From contig JBFRWD010000115.1 of NCBI GenBank assembly GCA_051439425.1, forward strand, positions 1 through 50,340: 50,340 nt of DNA, given 5' to 3'. The position numbers and the translations under genes are program-made. The notes beneath the pieces were generated by a model, which worked only from the letters and a program-made list of their open reading frames with translations, searched no databases and was not told the origin of the DNA. The DNA is from Synechococcus sp. Lineage in GTDB: Bacteria; Cyanobacteriota; Cyanobacteriia; Thermostichales; PCC-7336. How positions within the stretch are numbered: the first letter of the stretch is position 1; each line of letters starts with the position of its first letter. Shown one piece after another: positions 20,280 to 29,785 of the stretch.

Positions 20280-21377
20280 ATGAATTTTGCAAATTGCGAA
20301 GAGCTGATTTCCCAAGCGGAATATGCTAAGTACCTGCGACCGTACCTGCCGAAGGCGGCCTTTGAACCCAATACAAGCCGTCTGCGGTTGTTGTGGATTA
20401 ACGTTTGCATACTGTTGATGGGCTGGGGGATGGCCAGCCAACTCGATCGCTGGATGCCCTCTTTTCTCTGGTTGTTTCTGCCGATCGCGGTGGTGATGGG
20501 CAATAGCGTGATTGTGCTGCTGTTCAGCTCTCACGATTTGATGCATAGCAAAGCGCTTAAAAAGCCTCTGGCGCGGAAGCTTACTACGCTGATTGGGATG
20601 ACGATGCTGTGGATGCCGCCGACGTTGTGGAAGGCGCTGCATAACCGCACGCACCACAATAAAACGAACTCGTTGGACGATCCCGATCGCAATTACTTGC
20701 AGTCGCATCCGAATAATTTTGGCAAGTGGATTCAGAATTTATTTGCGCCATCGTTTAATTCCAATCCGATTTGGACGGCGATTGGTATGGGGTATTCCTG
20801 GGGGATCTATGTGTTTCGCAATCTCGTCTCCGTTCTGTTTTACACCGACGGGACCAATTCGTTTGCGGTGGCGGCGTTTCGGGTGACGGAGAAGGAGAGA
20901 CGGGCGATTGCGAGGGAGTTGCTGGCGATCGCGGCAATACATGTGGGCATTATGGCGTTTCTGTCGTTTGACCCGCTGAAGTTGGCGTTGGGTTATTTTC
21001 TGCCGATTTGGATTGGCCATGCAGGGTGTATGTTTTACATCTACACCAATCACCTGCTGTGTCGGATGACGGAGGTGAACGATCCGCTGATTAATAGCGT
21101 GTCGTTGCGGGTGCCCAAGATTTTTGATGTGTTGCACCTCAATTTCTCGTATCACACGGAGCATCACGTGTTTCCGGGGTTGAATTCGGATTACTATCCG
21201 CAGGTGCAGGCGTTGTTGTTAGAGCATTTTCCGGAGCGGTTTAATTTGCTGCCGGCGATGACGGCTTGGCGGATGATGCTGGCGACGCCGAGGCATTACA
21301 AGGATGAGATGACGCTTACCAACTGGACGGGGGAGCAGAATGTGCGATGCCCGTTGAGTGAGGCGGTTGAAGGGTAG
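20280..21377 (+). CDS. membrane fatty-acid desaturase family protein
   Basis: Three His boxes, HDLMH, HNRTHH and HTEHH, plus TM segments. Confidence 0.9.
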   Translation: MNFANCEELISQAEYAKYLRPYLPKAAFEPNTSRLRLLWINVCILLMGWGMASQLDRWMPSFLWLFLPIAVVMGNSVIVLLFSSHDLMHSKALKKPLARKLTTLIGMTMLWMPPTLWKALHNRTHHNKTNSLDDPDRNYLQSHPNNFGKWIQNLFAPSFNSNPIWTAIGMGYSWGIYVFRNLVSVLFYTDGTNSFAVAAFRVTEKERRAIARELLAIAAIHVGIMAFLSFDPLKLALGYFLPIWIGHAGCMFYIYTNHLLCRMTEVNDPLINSVSLRVPKIFDVLHLNFSYHTEHHVFPGLNSDYYPQVQALLLEHFPERFNLLPAMTAWRMMLATPRHYKDEMTLTNWTGEQNVRCPLSEAVEG

Positions 21378-21405
21378 ATATAGATATCCCTGAATAACAT
21401 GCTTG

Positions 21406-21436
21406 AGTCCTCCGCTACTGGAGGACTTTTGTTTTG
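21406..21436 (+). terminator. Rho-independent terminator
   Basis: AGTCCTCC-gctact-GGAGGACT followed by TTTGTTTTG. Confidence 0.75.
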
Positions 21437-21565
21437 CTTGTGTTCTGCCCGTTTGTTCCTGACAGAGCTAGTAAGAAGAACTCACGTCAGGCTCAGAATT
21501 AACCCGCTTGTTTCTCAGAGTGGTTTTTTATCGTGCGAGCAAGACACGTGAATGGGCCACATCCA

Positions 21566-22375
21566 ATGCAACTGATGCAGAAGCAGACGAATGTTTTACC
21601 GAGACGGGCGCTAGAAACTAAGCATGGCAACACTGTGGCTGCTACCCTACCTCTACTGAACTCGACTGAGGTGGCGGAGTTGCTGTTGTCTTGTGGAGAA
21701 TTGGGGCCAGACCCCAGCTCGGACCATTTCACGAGGCGCACTAAGAATGTTGCCTACGTGCTTTGTCTGGAGGGGGAGTGGTATCAGGTTCGAGCCCATT
21801 GCTTTAACCAGCCTCAGGAGTACAACGACTTCTCGGGAGGCTACAAGCGCTGCTATCGAGAGATGCCAACACAGTTTTTGGATTCCCCTGCTACTCAGAA
21901 AGTCCTGAATGCATTCAAGGCGGCTTACGATTTGCCGGATAACGAGCTTATTTTGGTGCAGGTTCAGACGAGTCACGTGACGACAGACAATGCGGGTCAG
22001 TGTTTGACTGGACAGGGAATTCACACGGATGGGGCCGATCGCGCCTTACTGCTCTGTTTGGAGCGGAACAATGTGGAAGGGGCGGAGAATGCGATTTATG
22101 CCGATTTGGAGGGCAAGCGATCGCTGATCGATCCATTCATTTTGGAAGAAGGTCACGCGATGGTTTGGCAAGATAACCAGGTTTTTCACGATGTTCGGCC
22201 TGCTCGGGTCAGTGATGGAGAGAGTGAGGGGAGCAGGACAGTTTTGATTGCTCACTATCCTGCCATTCATTACTTGACGGGGGCGGCTAACCCTAAAAAC
22301 ACGCTGGGGACTAACAGTGTTGAGGACAATAAACGATTGCGAAATGTAGTGGCTATGGCGGCAGAGTCTGAGTGA
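21566..22375 (+). CDS. 2OG-Fe(II) dioxygenase family protein (PF10014-like)
   Basis: FNQPQEYN...GGYKR, QGIHTDG (HxD), NNVEGAEN, VFHDV, RTVLI; start could also be 21533 or 21575. Confidence 0.8.
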   Translation: MQLMQKQTNVLPRRALETKHGNTVAATLPLLNSTEVAELLLSCGELGPDPSSDHFTRRTKNVAYVLCLEGEWYQVRAHCFNQPQEYNDFSGGYKRCYREMPTQFLDSPATQKVLNAFKAAYDLPDNELILVQVQTSHVTTDNAGQCLTGQGIHTDGADRALLLCLERNNVEGAENAIYADLEGKRSLIDPFILEEGHAMVWQDNQVFHDVRPARVSDGESEGSRTVLIAHYPAIHYLTGAANPKNTLGTNSVEDNKRLRNVVAMAAESE

Positions 22376-22385
22376 TATGAGCTTG

Positions 22386-24731
22386 CTAGCTTGATGCTTG
22401 CATCTGGGCTATTGCATTTCGTATGCCTTTGGCGACATCGGCCCAGGCGCTATCTCGGTCATCCCAACGCGTAATGGGCTTAATATTTTTTGGAAGTGCT
22501 TGAAGCTGTGAAAAAGGACTGCTTTGCCAGTCGCATTCTCTCAAGATGACTGGTATCACTAGTGTCTTACCTGTTTCCCGGCGCTCAAGTGCTCGCTCGC
22601 CTTCCTTTTCGTAGCAGTAATCAGAAGCGATGAAGTCGGCGCTGATTAGGAGCAAGACGATGTCTGCTTGTTCGAGGTTGGTGTCTATTTCATCTTTCCA
22701 TTCGTCTCCAGCAGTGATGCGGCGATCGTGCCAGGGAGCGATGTGGCCTTCCCGTTGCAGTAGCTTGAGATGAGTCTCAAGCTGGTCGCGTAGTGCTTCG
22801 TCTTCGTGGGAGTAGCTATAGAACAGTTTGAGGGGAGCATTGGGCATGGGGGGCAAATCCACTCCTTCTAAGAGTTCTTGAACGTTTAGTCTCTGGGTTT
22901 TGCCGTCGACTGATTTAGGGATGATTTCAATGCCATCTCGTTTGAAATCACGGAGTTCGTTGTAGTCCAGTGCAATTTCTGGATGACCTGGAATGGGGAC
23001 TTGCTCGGCAGGCTTGAAGCTGAAGCTGCTGTGGATGCGCTCGAAGTCATAGCGGATTATGGCTAGCAGTTCTTGTCTCGTGCCAATCGGCCCGTCGATC
23101 GCGATATCAATCCGTTTGTTGCTGCGATCGCTTACGACTAGGGCACGGTTGCCGTTCTTTTTTAGGATGACTCCAGTGCGCCAGCGGACATTGATATCAG
23201 TACTGAGGGGATAGGTGCGGGTGATGAAGCGGGGGATGATGCCTGCGGGGAGGATGGTGGGGTATTGGAATTGGAAGTTGAGACAGGCTTCGAGGTTGAA
23301 GGTTTCTGCTTCGGAGGGTTGTTGTTTGTCGAGTAGGTCGGTAACAAGATAGCGAGTCTCACTTTCGTCGATGCGAAAGGCAAGTTCGAACTTTCGCATT
23401 AGTTCTAGCAAGAAACCGTAGCGATCGGTTGGGTATTCGTCGCGATCGAGGATTTCATCAAGCTTGTCTAAAAGTAAGTCTCCTTTGCAATTGGATAGTC
23501 TTTCATCGTTGAGGATGGTGTAAATACCATTCGTGACCCAGTGGGGGTTTAGTATTTGAGTGTCGCGCAGCCGAGGGTCTTCACGATAGTTGAGAGAGAT
23601 ACCCAGTTGATGAAGGATGTTAGCGAGTGAGTTTTGCTTGTCTGTTTCGGGTTCTCCATTTTCTTGACATAGTTGTCTGAATCGCTCGAATGATATGAAG
23701 TTTTCAGGCATCTCCGCCAAGTAGTTTTTGACGTTAAACCAACTACCAGGAAATGGAATTCGTAAATTTTCTAACTGGTCAGTTTCTTCTGCGATCAGGT
23801 TTTTAAGTTTTCCAATATTCCTACCATGTGGATGTTTTCCATTGCCATTACTACAGTCCGTTTCGATGAAATGACGAATATTGGGAAACTTTTGACATAG
23901 GTAGCTGCGATTGAGGTTGAAAGCGATTTCAGAAAACTTGTTAAGGACAACAATGACTGGGGAGTTGCGACCAAAGCTTCGAATTAAGTTTAGCCAGTAT
24001 TCTGCATCTTCATCCTCGTGGCCTTGGCGTCCGTTTAGAACTAGTAGATAGAGGCTACGCTCGGTGAGGAAGAATTGGTGGGTGGAGTGCATGATCTCCT
24101 GGCCACCAAAGTCCCAGATGTTGAGTCGAATATCTTCCTCAGGATGAATTTGGATGGGCCATTCAGTGATATTGATGCCGTCAGTAACGGCTTCAGAAGG
24201 ATTGAATCTTCCATCAATTAAACGATTTACTAGAGAGGTTTTTCCAACTGCACCAAAGCCTACAAGAATTAGTTTTCCCTCGTTTAGAGGGCTACTACCA
24301 TAGTTGACTAATGAAAAGTAGTAGTTGAGAATATCTTTTGGGCTTGCTGCTGCTTTGTTCAAAAAACTATATACCTCTCTGAATGTTGGCCCTAGAATCT
24401 CTGACGGAATATGTAATTTTTCATTGCCATGGAGATAGATCTCCTTCAAAGACCTTAACTGTCCTAGAAACTCCGGCAGCTTGTCCAATTGGTTGTTCTG
24501 GAGGCATATCACGTCTAGAGATCTCAATTTTCCTAGAGACTCCGGGAGTTCACTCAATTGGTTGTCCTGGAGGTGTATTCTCCTCAAAGAAGTCAATAGT
24601 TTTATGGAGTCTGGTACTTTTTTTAGGCTTAATCCACTCAGATCTAGAAAAGATGAATTGTTTTTGAGACCGTTAATAATTCTTGTTTGGGCTCTTTGAA
24701 ATCCAAGAACGCTATCTTCCATTCCCATCAA
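22386..24731 (-). CDS. Roco protein: LRR-Roc GTPase-COR-TIR
   Basis: About 4 23-aa LRRs; Roc G1 GFGAVGKTS, G3 WDFGGQE, THQFFLT; COR (SWFNVK, ILNPHWVTNGIY, FELAF, WRTGV); TIR LFYSYSHED...WHDR...ADIVLLLISADFIASDYCYEKE. Confidence 0.93.
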   Translation of the reverse strand: MMGMEDSVLGFQRAQTRIINGLKNNSSFLDLSGLSLKKVPDSIKLLTSLRRIHLQDNQLSELPESLGKLRSLDVICLQNNQLDKLPEFLGQLRSLKEIYLHGNEKLHIPSEILGPTFREVYSFLNKAAASPKDILNYYFSLVNYGSSPLNEGKLILVGFGAVGKTSLVNRLIDGRFNPSEAVTDGINITEWPIQIHPEEDIRLNIWDFGGQEIMHSTHQFFLTERSLYLLVLNGRQGHEDEDAEYWLNLIRSFGRNSPVIVVLNKFSEIAFNLNRSYLCQKFPNIRHFIETDCSNGNGKHPHGRNIGKLKNLIAEETDQLENLRIPFPGSWFNVKNYLAEMPENFISFERFRQLCQENGEPETDKQNSLANILHQLGISLNYREDPRLRDTQILNPHWVTNGIYTILNDERLSNCKGDLLLDKLDEILDRDEYPTDRYGFLLELMRKFELAFRIDESETRYLVTDLLDKQQPSEAETFNLEACLNFQFQYPTILPAGIIPRFITRTYPLSTDINVRWRTGVILKKNGNRALVVSDRSNKRIDIAIDGPIGTRQELLAIIRYDFERIHSSFSFKPAEQVPIPGHPEIALDYNELRDFKRDGIEIIPKSVDGKTQRLNVQELLEGVDLPPMPNAPLKLFYSYSHEDEALRDQLETHLKLLQREGHIAPWHDRRITAGDEWKDEIDTNLEQADIVLLLISADFIASDYCYEKEGERALERRETGKTLVIPVILRECDWQSSPFSQLQALPKNIKPITRWDDRDSAWADVAKGIRNAIAQMQASS

Positions 24732-24956
24732 CCGGCAAGATGCCGTTTGTTTGCCTACAACAGCCTTAAATTTAATCCCTGTCTACTCAAATTGTCATCG
24801 TGATCGCCGATTCTTCCAGTTTAAACAACACAGCCATGGCCAATTGTCGTCATGGCGATCAACTACCCAGTTAAGACGGTAGTGGAAATGGCGATCATCG
24901 TCCTAACCTACTTCATCCCAGGCAAACCCACAGCCACCCTCCCGAGTGATCGCATC

Positions 24957-25004
24957 CAATACCTCGATTATTCACCGATCGCACGGTGAATAATCGAGGT
25001 ATTG
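24957..25004. repeat. perfect 21-bp inverted repeat with 6-nt spacer
   Basis: CAATACCTCGATTATTCACCG-atcgca-CGGTGAATAATCGAGGTATTG. Confidence 0.95.
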
Positions 25005-25077
25005 AGGATGAAAGCAACCCTCTACAGCAGCTCCGCTACACTACGGATACGATTCGGGTTATTCATCGAGCACTTCC

Positions 25078-25269
25078 ATGAACAATGCCAGCAACCCAAC
25101 CGGTTCAAACGTAAGCGACGATTTAGAACGCCAGATCGGTGAAATTTTTCTCGAAATCGACGCTGCCGATCGCCGCATCCAAGCAACCCAAACCGACATC
25201 GATCGCCTAAGAACCGAAACTCAAGCGATCCTGCACGACCTGAAAGCATCCACTGCCCATGCTGGCTAA
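25078..25269 (+). CDS. small coiled-coil hypothetical protein
   Basis: 63 aa with heptad-like LERQIGEIFLEIDAADRRIQATQTDIDRLRTETQAILHDLK; overlaps the next start codon. Confidence 0.65.
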   Translation: MNNASNPTGSNVSDDLERQIGEIFLEIDAADRRIQATQTDIDRLRTETQAILHDLKASTAHAG

Positions 25270-25402
25270 GCTTCTGGGATACGCTACCCGGCTCCTTGCA
25301 CTCAAACAACAAACCGAACGGAATATTGCAGAAATTCGCGAGCTGCGCCAAGAAGTCAAAACCTTGGCATAAATCGTTCGTCAACTCCAAACCGAAAACC
25401 AG
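25259..25402 (+). pseudogene. small coiled-coil protein, probably truncated by in-frame TAA at 25370-25372
   Basis: MLAKLLGYATRLLALKQQTERNIAEIRELRQEVKTLA*IVRQLQTENQ; the heptad pattern continues across the stop; ATG overlaps the upstream ORF by 11 nt. Confidence 0.5.
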
Positions 25403-25675
25403 GTCGTGGCCAGTAGTATTGTTCCGGTACAGCGTCCGGACTGCCTTCTTAGCGCCAAATTAAGAACAAAAACCTCACATCCCCCAGCGAACCTAGCCTC
25501 CGAATTTAAACAAAATTCCAGGTCTCAGTAGGAAGCCTTATTGAATCAGTACGAACCCATTTCCAGAGCTAGGATTCTGTAGAGAAAAAACGGACATCGC
25601 CTTGCCTGTCATCAGTCAAGCAGGCGATTGACATGCTTGAGAACACTCTTAGTCGCCTCTTTATTGGAGTAAGGG

Positions 25676-26179
25676 ATGGTTGATACCCTGTTGCCTCCGC
25701 TGAACAACCACAACCTGCCGTATCCCGACACCATTCACCCCATCGTGGTGCACTTCGTCATTGCAATGGTGCTGTTTGCCGTCACGTGCGATGCCATCGC
25801 CTATTTCACCAACAACTCGCGCCTACAGGAAGTGGGCTGGTGGAATATGGTCTTTGCAACCGTATCGATATTCGTCGCGATTATTTTTGGCCAGATCGAA
25901 GCAGGGCTATCCATGCCCTATGCGGCAGCAGTGGCAGATTTAAACTTGCATACCCTGCTGGGATGGTCGCTCTCCGGCGTCCTAGCCGTCATTACGGGCT
26001 GGCGCTACGTCCTCCGCTTGCAAGGGGCAGCGCGGCTACCCGCCGCCTATATGGGGGTCAATGCCGTCTTGGCCCTCATCGTCCTGTTCCAGACCTACCT
26101 CGGAGATAAATTGGTGTGGATCTACGGCCTGCATACCGAGGCCGTTGTGGAAGCGACCAGAGGGGGATTGTTGCCGTAA
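25676..26179 (+). CDS. DUF2231-type membrane protein
   Basis: GGAG RBS; TIHPIVVHFVIA, LHTLLGW, GDKLVWIYGLH; about 4 TM helices. Confidence 0.85.
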   Translation: MVDTLLPPLNNHNLPYPDTIHPIVVHFVIAMVLFAVTCDAIAYFTNNSRLQEVGWWNMVFATVSIFVAIIFGQIEAGLSMPYAAAVADLNLHTLLGWSLSGVLAVITGWRYVLRLQGAARLPAAYMGVNAVLALIVLFQTYLGDKLVWIYGLHTEAVVEATRGGLLP

Positions 26180-26817
26180 TGTTGCCCTATCCGCTAATGG
26201 CCGCAGGCATCAATGGATTACCCTACGGCTTGCCCATCCATCCCAACCTCGTTCACCTCACACTAGGGCTGTTTATCGTGGCGATCGCCTTCGATATCGT
26301 TGCTAGTTTTTACGTCCTAGAAAAGCCATTATTCAAGTTTTTGGCCATCCCCGTTTCCCGCACCGGACTTTACGATGTGGGCTGGTACAACATGGTCGCC
26401 GCCGCCATCATCACCTTCTTTACAGTGGCAGCCGGTTTCTACGAAATACTGCTGGCCGATCCTCCCCAAGACATGCTCAGCCCTTGGGGCCTGAGCGCTC
26501 GCGACACTATGGTGTGGCACGGCGTTGGTGGGGTGCTGTTGCTGGGGTTGATTGTGGGCATGACGATTTGGCGAGGACTGCAACGCTATCTCTGGCGGGA
26601 AGACCGAGGCCAACAGGTGGAATGGAATTATTTGTTTGCCGGACTATTTATCTTTGTGCTGATGTTTGCCCACGGCACCCTAGGAGCTCATTTGGGCAGT
26701 GATTTTGGGATTCACGTTACAGCCGATCGCTTAATCCGAGAGGGGATCGATTCCAATACTCCCATCGAGGTTTCGCTCAATGATGGACCCACCGCACCGC
26801 AACTGATGGTCGATTAA
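26179..26817 (+). CDS. DUF2231-type membrane protein (second copy)
   Basis: TAATG stop/start overlap; PIHPNLVHLTLG, VGWYNM, WHGVGG, HGTLGAHLGSDFGIH. Confidence 0.85.
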   Translation: MLPYPLMAAGINGLPYGLPIHPNLVHLTLGLFIVAIAFDIVASFYVLEKPLFKFLAIPVSRTGLYDVGWYNMVAAAIITFFTVAAGFYEILLADPPQDMLSPWGLSARDTMVWHGVGGVLLLGLIVGMTIWRGLQRYLWREDRGQQVEWNYLFAGLFIFVLMFAHGTLGAHLGSDFGIHVTADRLIREGIDSNTPIEVSLNDGPTAPQLMVD

Positions 26818-26968
26818 TAGAGCGATGGCTTACTGATTGGAGTTGGCTTTGACAAGCCACGTTACCCCGATGGTTTAGACCGCAGTTCGAGACGCCCGAC
26901 CGAGGCACTTAAACGACCTCGTATCTAAACCGAACTCATAGCTCACGCAACCTTACCAACCGCGACGC

Positions 26969-27901
26969 ATGGTCAATGACACCCAACCCCGATCCCCGGG
27001 CCAATTGTTAACCCGTCGGCAAATTGCTTGGCTAGTTGGACTGGCGATCGCCAACCTACTGGTCAGTTTGTGGATGGGGCAACAGGCCTACAAGTGGATG
27101 CCCGCTCAGGCATCGGCAGAAGCCGTGCTGGTGGATCGTCTGTTTAGCTTTTTTACAACAGTAGGCACTTTTATCTTTCTGGGAGTGGTTGGTACTCTGC
27201 TCTACTCCATGATTTTTCAGCGAGCTGCCAAATACGATGCCAGCGATGGTCCTGCAATTGAAGGGAACGTCACTCTGGAGGTCGTTTGGACGACCATACC
27301 GATTCTGTTGGTGATTTGGATTGCGACAGCTAGCTATCAGACCTATCACCAGATGGACATTCTGGGTCCGATTACCCCCCAAGCCTCAACCGAATCGGCA
27401 ATAACACCGGTCAGCGCCACCTCCCCCGCAGAGACTCAACCCATTGAAGTGCGAGCTCGGCAGTGGTCCTGGGTGTTTTACTATCCCGACTCCGGCATTA
27501 CCAGCACCGAGCTACACCTACCTGTTAACCAGCGAGCCCATTTCAAGCTCACCTCTGACGATGTCCTGCACGGCCTATTCGTGCCTGCATTTCGCGTTAA
27601 GCAAGACATCGTGCCCGGCAAAGTGATTGATTTTGCCTGTACGCCAACACAAGTGGGGCGCTATCCCCTACGAGATTCTGAATACAGCGGCACCTATTTT
27701 GCGGCCAATCAAGCTTATGTCGTGGTCGAAACTGCAGAAGACTATCAGCAATGGCTTGCCTCTGCCGCTCAGACCTCCCCCACACCGGCCCCTAACCGAG
27801 CATCCGAAGAATTCGACACCGCCTCTCAACAAACCACAGGTCTTCGCTGGTCCACAGTCACGCCTGCGCCACCCCCAGTGGTGAATTACTCAGCCTCGTA
27901 A
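26969..27901 (+). CDS. ctaC: heme-copper oxidase subunit II, ARTO type (CtaCII, no CuA)
   Basis: LEVVWTTIP, ARQWSWVFYYP, SDDVLHGLFVPAFRVKQD; the CuA motif CxExCGxxHxxM is replaced by DSEYSGTYFAAN. Confidence 0.92.
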   Translation: MVNDTQPRSPGQLLTRRQIAWLVGLAIANLLVSLWMGQQAYKWMPAQASAEAVLVDRLFSFFTTVGTFIFLGVVGTLLYSMIFQRAAKYDASDGPAIEGNVTLEVVWTTIPILLVIWIATASYQTYHQMDILGPITPQASTESAITPVSATSPAETQPIEVRARQWSWVFYYPDSGITSTELHLPVNQRAHFKLTSDDVLHGLFVPAFRVKQDIVPGKVIDFACTPTQVGRYPLRDSEYSGTYFAANQAYVVVETAEDYQQWLASAAQTSPTPAPNRASEEFDTASQQTTGLRWSTVTPAPPPVVNYSAS

Positions 27902-27943
27902 TCACTCATCTTCTTGACGCGATCGCTCATCGAGACACTTGCC

Positions 27944-29632
27944 ATGACCAACCCCTCCCTAGAGCTCCCTTCAAATCCACCATCTCCAGAGTTTCAGCAG
28001 CCCCAATCCCCCGAGAACTGGAGACGATTTTTTAGCTTCAGCACCGACCACAAAGTCATTGGCATCCAGTACATCGTCACGGCCTTTTTCTTCTTTCTGG
28101 TCGGTGGGCTGCTGGCAATGGTGATGCGCGGCGAGCTGATCACCCCCGACTCAGATCTGGTCGATCGCACGGTCTACAACGGGCTGTTCACCATGCATGG
28201 AACGATCATGCTGTTCCTGTGGACATTTCCGATGCTGAACGGGCTGGCTAATTATTTAGTGCCCTTGATGATCGGGGCCCGAGATATGGCGTTTCCCCGC
28301 CTGAATGCCGCAGCGTTCTGGCTCGTACCGATATTTGGTGTCATCTTAATCGTCAGCTTTTTCGTGCCCGGTGGTCCCTCTCAGTCAGGGTGGTGGGCTT
28401 ATCCTCCCGTCAGTTTGCAAAATCCCACCGGTCACTTAATTAACGGCCAGTCCTTGTGGATCTTGGCAGTTGCTCTCTCGGGAATTTCATCCATTATGGG
28501 GGCGGTCAACATTGTCACCACTATCTTTAGGATGCGCGCCCCAGGAATGGGGTGGTTCAAAATGCCTGCATTCTGTTGGACGGTGTTCGCTGCCCAGATC
28601 ATTCAGCTATTTGGCCTGCCAGCCCTGACAGCGGGTGCAGTTATGCTGCTGTTCGATCTCACATTGGGTACTTCCTTTTTTGAGCCCAGTCGTGGCGGCG
28701 ATCCGATCCTCTACCAACACTTCTTTTGGTTCTATTCCCACCCGGCTGTCTATGTCATCATCCTGCCTATTTTTGGGGTGTTTTCGGAAGTGTTTCCGGT
28801 CTATGCCCGCAAGCCTTTGTTTGGCTACAAAGTGGTGGCGCTTTCTTCTCTCATCATTACGGGGCTGAGCGGCATTGTTTGGGTGCATCACATGTTTGCC
28901 AGCGGCACAGCAGGGTGGATGCGTATGTTGTTCATGTTCACCACCATGACGATCTCGGTCCCGACAGGGATTAAGGTATTTGCCTGGGTGGCGACAGTGT
29001 GGGGGGGAAAGCTGCGACTGACTTCAGGCATGCTATTCGCTCTGGGGGGTCTATTTACCTTCTTATTTGCCGGCATTACCGGAATTATGTTGGCCTCAGC
29101 CCCATTCGATATTCATGTCAACAATACGTATTTCGTGGTGGGGCATTTCCACTACGTGATTAACGGTGCCGTGGTGATGGGATTTTTTGCGGCTATCTAC
29201 CACTGGTTCCCCAAGATGACCGGCCGCATGTACTACGAAGGGCTGGGGAAGCTTCACTTCTTGCTGACCTTCTTAGGGGTCAATCTCATTTTTCTGCCCA
29301 TGCATCCTCTGGGATTGCATGGGATGCCCCGACGGGTAGCGTCTTACGATCCCGAGTTTGCGTTTTGGAACGTGATTGCCAGTTTGGGTGGCTTCTTGCT
29401 GGGGGTGTCAATTTTGCCGTTTATCTTGAACATGCTGAGCTCTTGGACTCGTGGCGATGCTGCTGGTGATAACCCTTGGCGAGCCATTGGCTTGGAGTGG
29501 TTAGTGTCGTCCCCACCCCCCCACGAAAATTTCGAGGACATTCCGGTGGTGCTGTCGGGGCCATACGGTTACGGCAGCGGCGAGCCCTTGGTGGAGATCC
29601 AAGGTGCCCCAGATGGCCAGATAGAGCCGTAG
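27944..29632 (+). CDS. ctaD: heme-copper oxidase subunit I, ARTO type (CtaDII)
   Basis: STDHKVIG, FTMHGTIM, DMAFPRLN, FWFYSHPAVY (A2-type), WVHHMF, VVGHFHYV, GMPRR. Confidence 0.95.
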   Translation: MTNPSLELPSNPPSPEFQQPQSPENWRRFFSFSTDHKVIGIQYIVTAFFFFLVGGLLAMVMRGELITPDSDLVDRTVYNGLFTMHGTIMLFLWTFPMLNGLANYLVPLMIGARDMAFPRLNAAAFWLVPIFGVILIVSFFVPGGPSQSGWWAYPPVSLQNPTGHLINGQSLWILAVALSGISSIMGAVNIVTTIFRMRAPGMGWFKMPAFCWTVFAAQIIQLFGLPALTAGAVMLLFDLTLGTSFFEPSRGGDPILYQHFFWFYSHPAVYVIILPIFGVFSEVFPVYARKPLFGYKVVALSSLIITGLSGIVWVHHMFASGTAGWMRMLFMFTTMTISVPTGIKVFAWVATVWGGKLRLTSGMLFALGGLFTFLFAGITGIMLASAPFDIHVNNTYFVVGHFHYVINGAVVMGFFAAIYHWFPKMTGRMYYEGLGKLHFLLTFLGVNLIFLPMHPLGLHGMPRRVASYDPEFAFWNVIASLGGFLLGVSILPFILNMLSSWTRGDAAGDNPWRAIGLEWLVSSPPPHENFEDIPVVLSGPYGYGSGEPLVEIQGAPDGQIEP

Positions 29633-29785
29633 CTCACGCAACTGTAATGGGACGAGATTTACACTCGCCTCAGCCCAGCCATTCCCTTGCTTTCTGTTGG
29701 AAACAGGCAATGAGACCTCAGGGCAGAGGAGTTTGCTGAAGTCAGGACCGCTTCATTCGCCAAGAACCCCTATCACCTAGACGTT

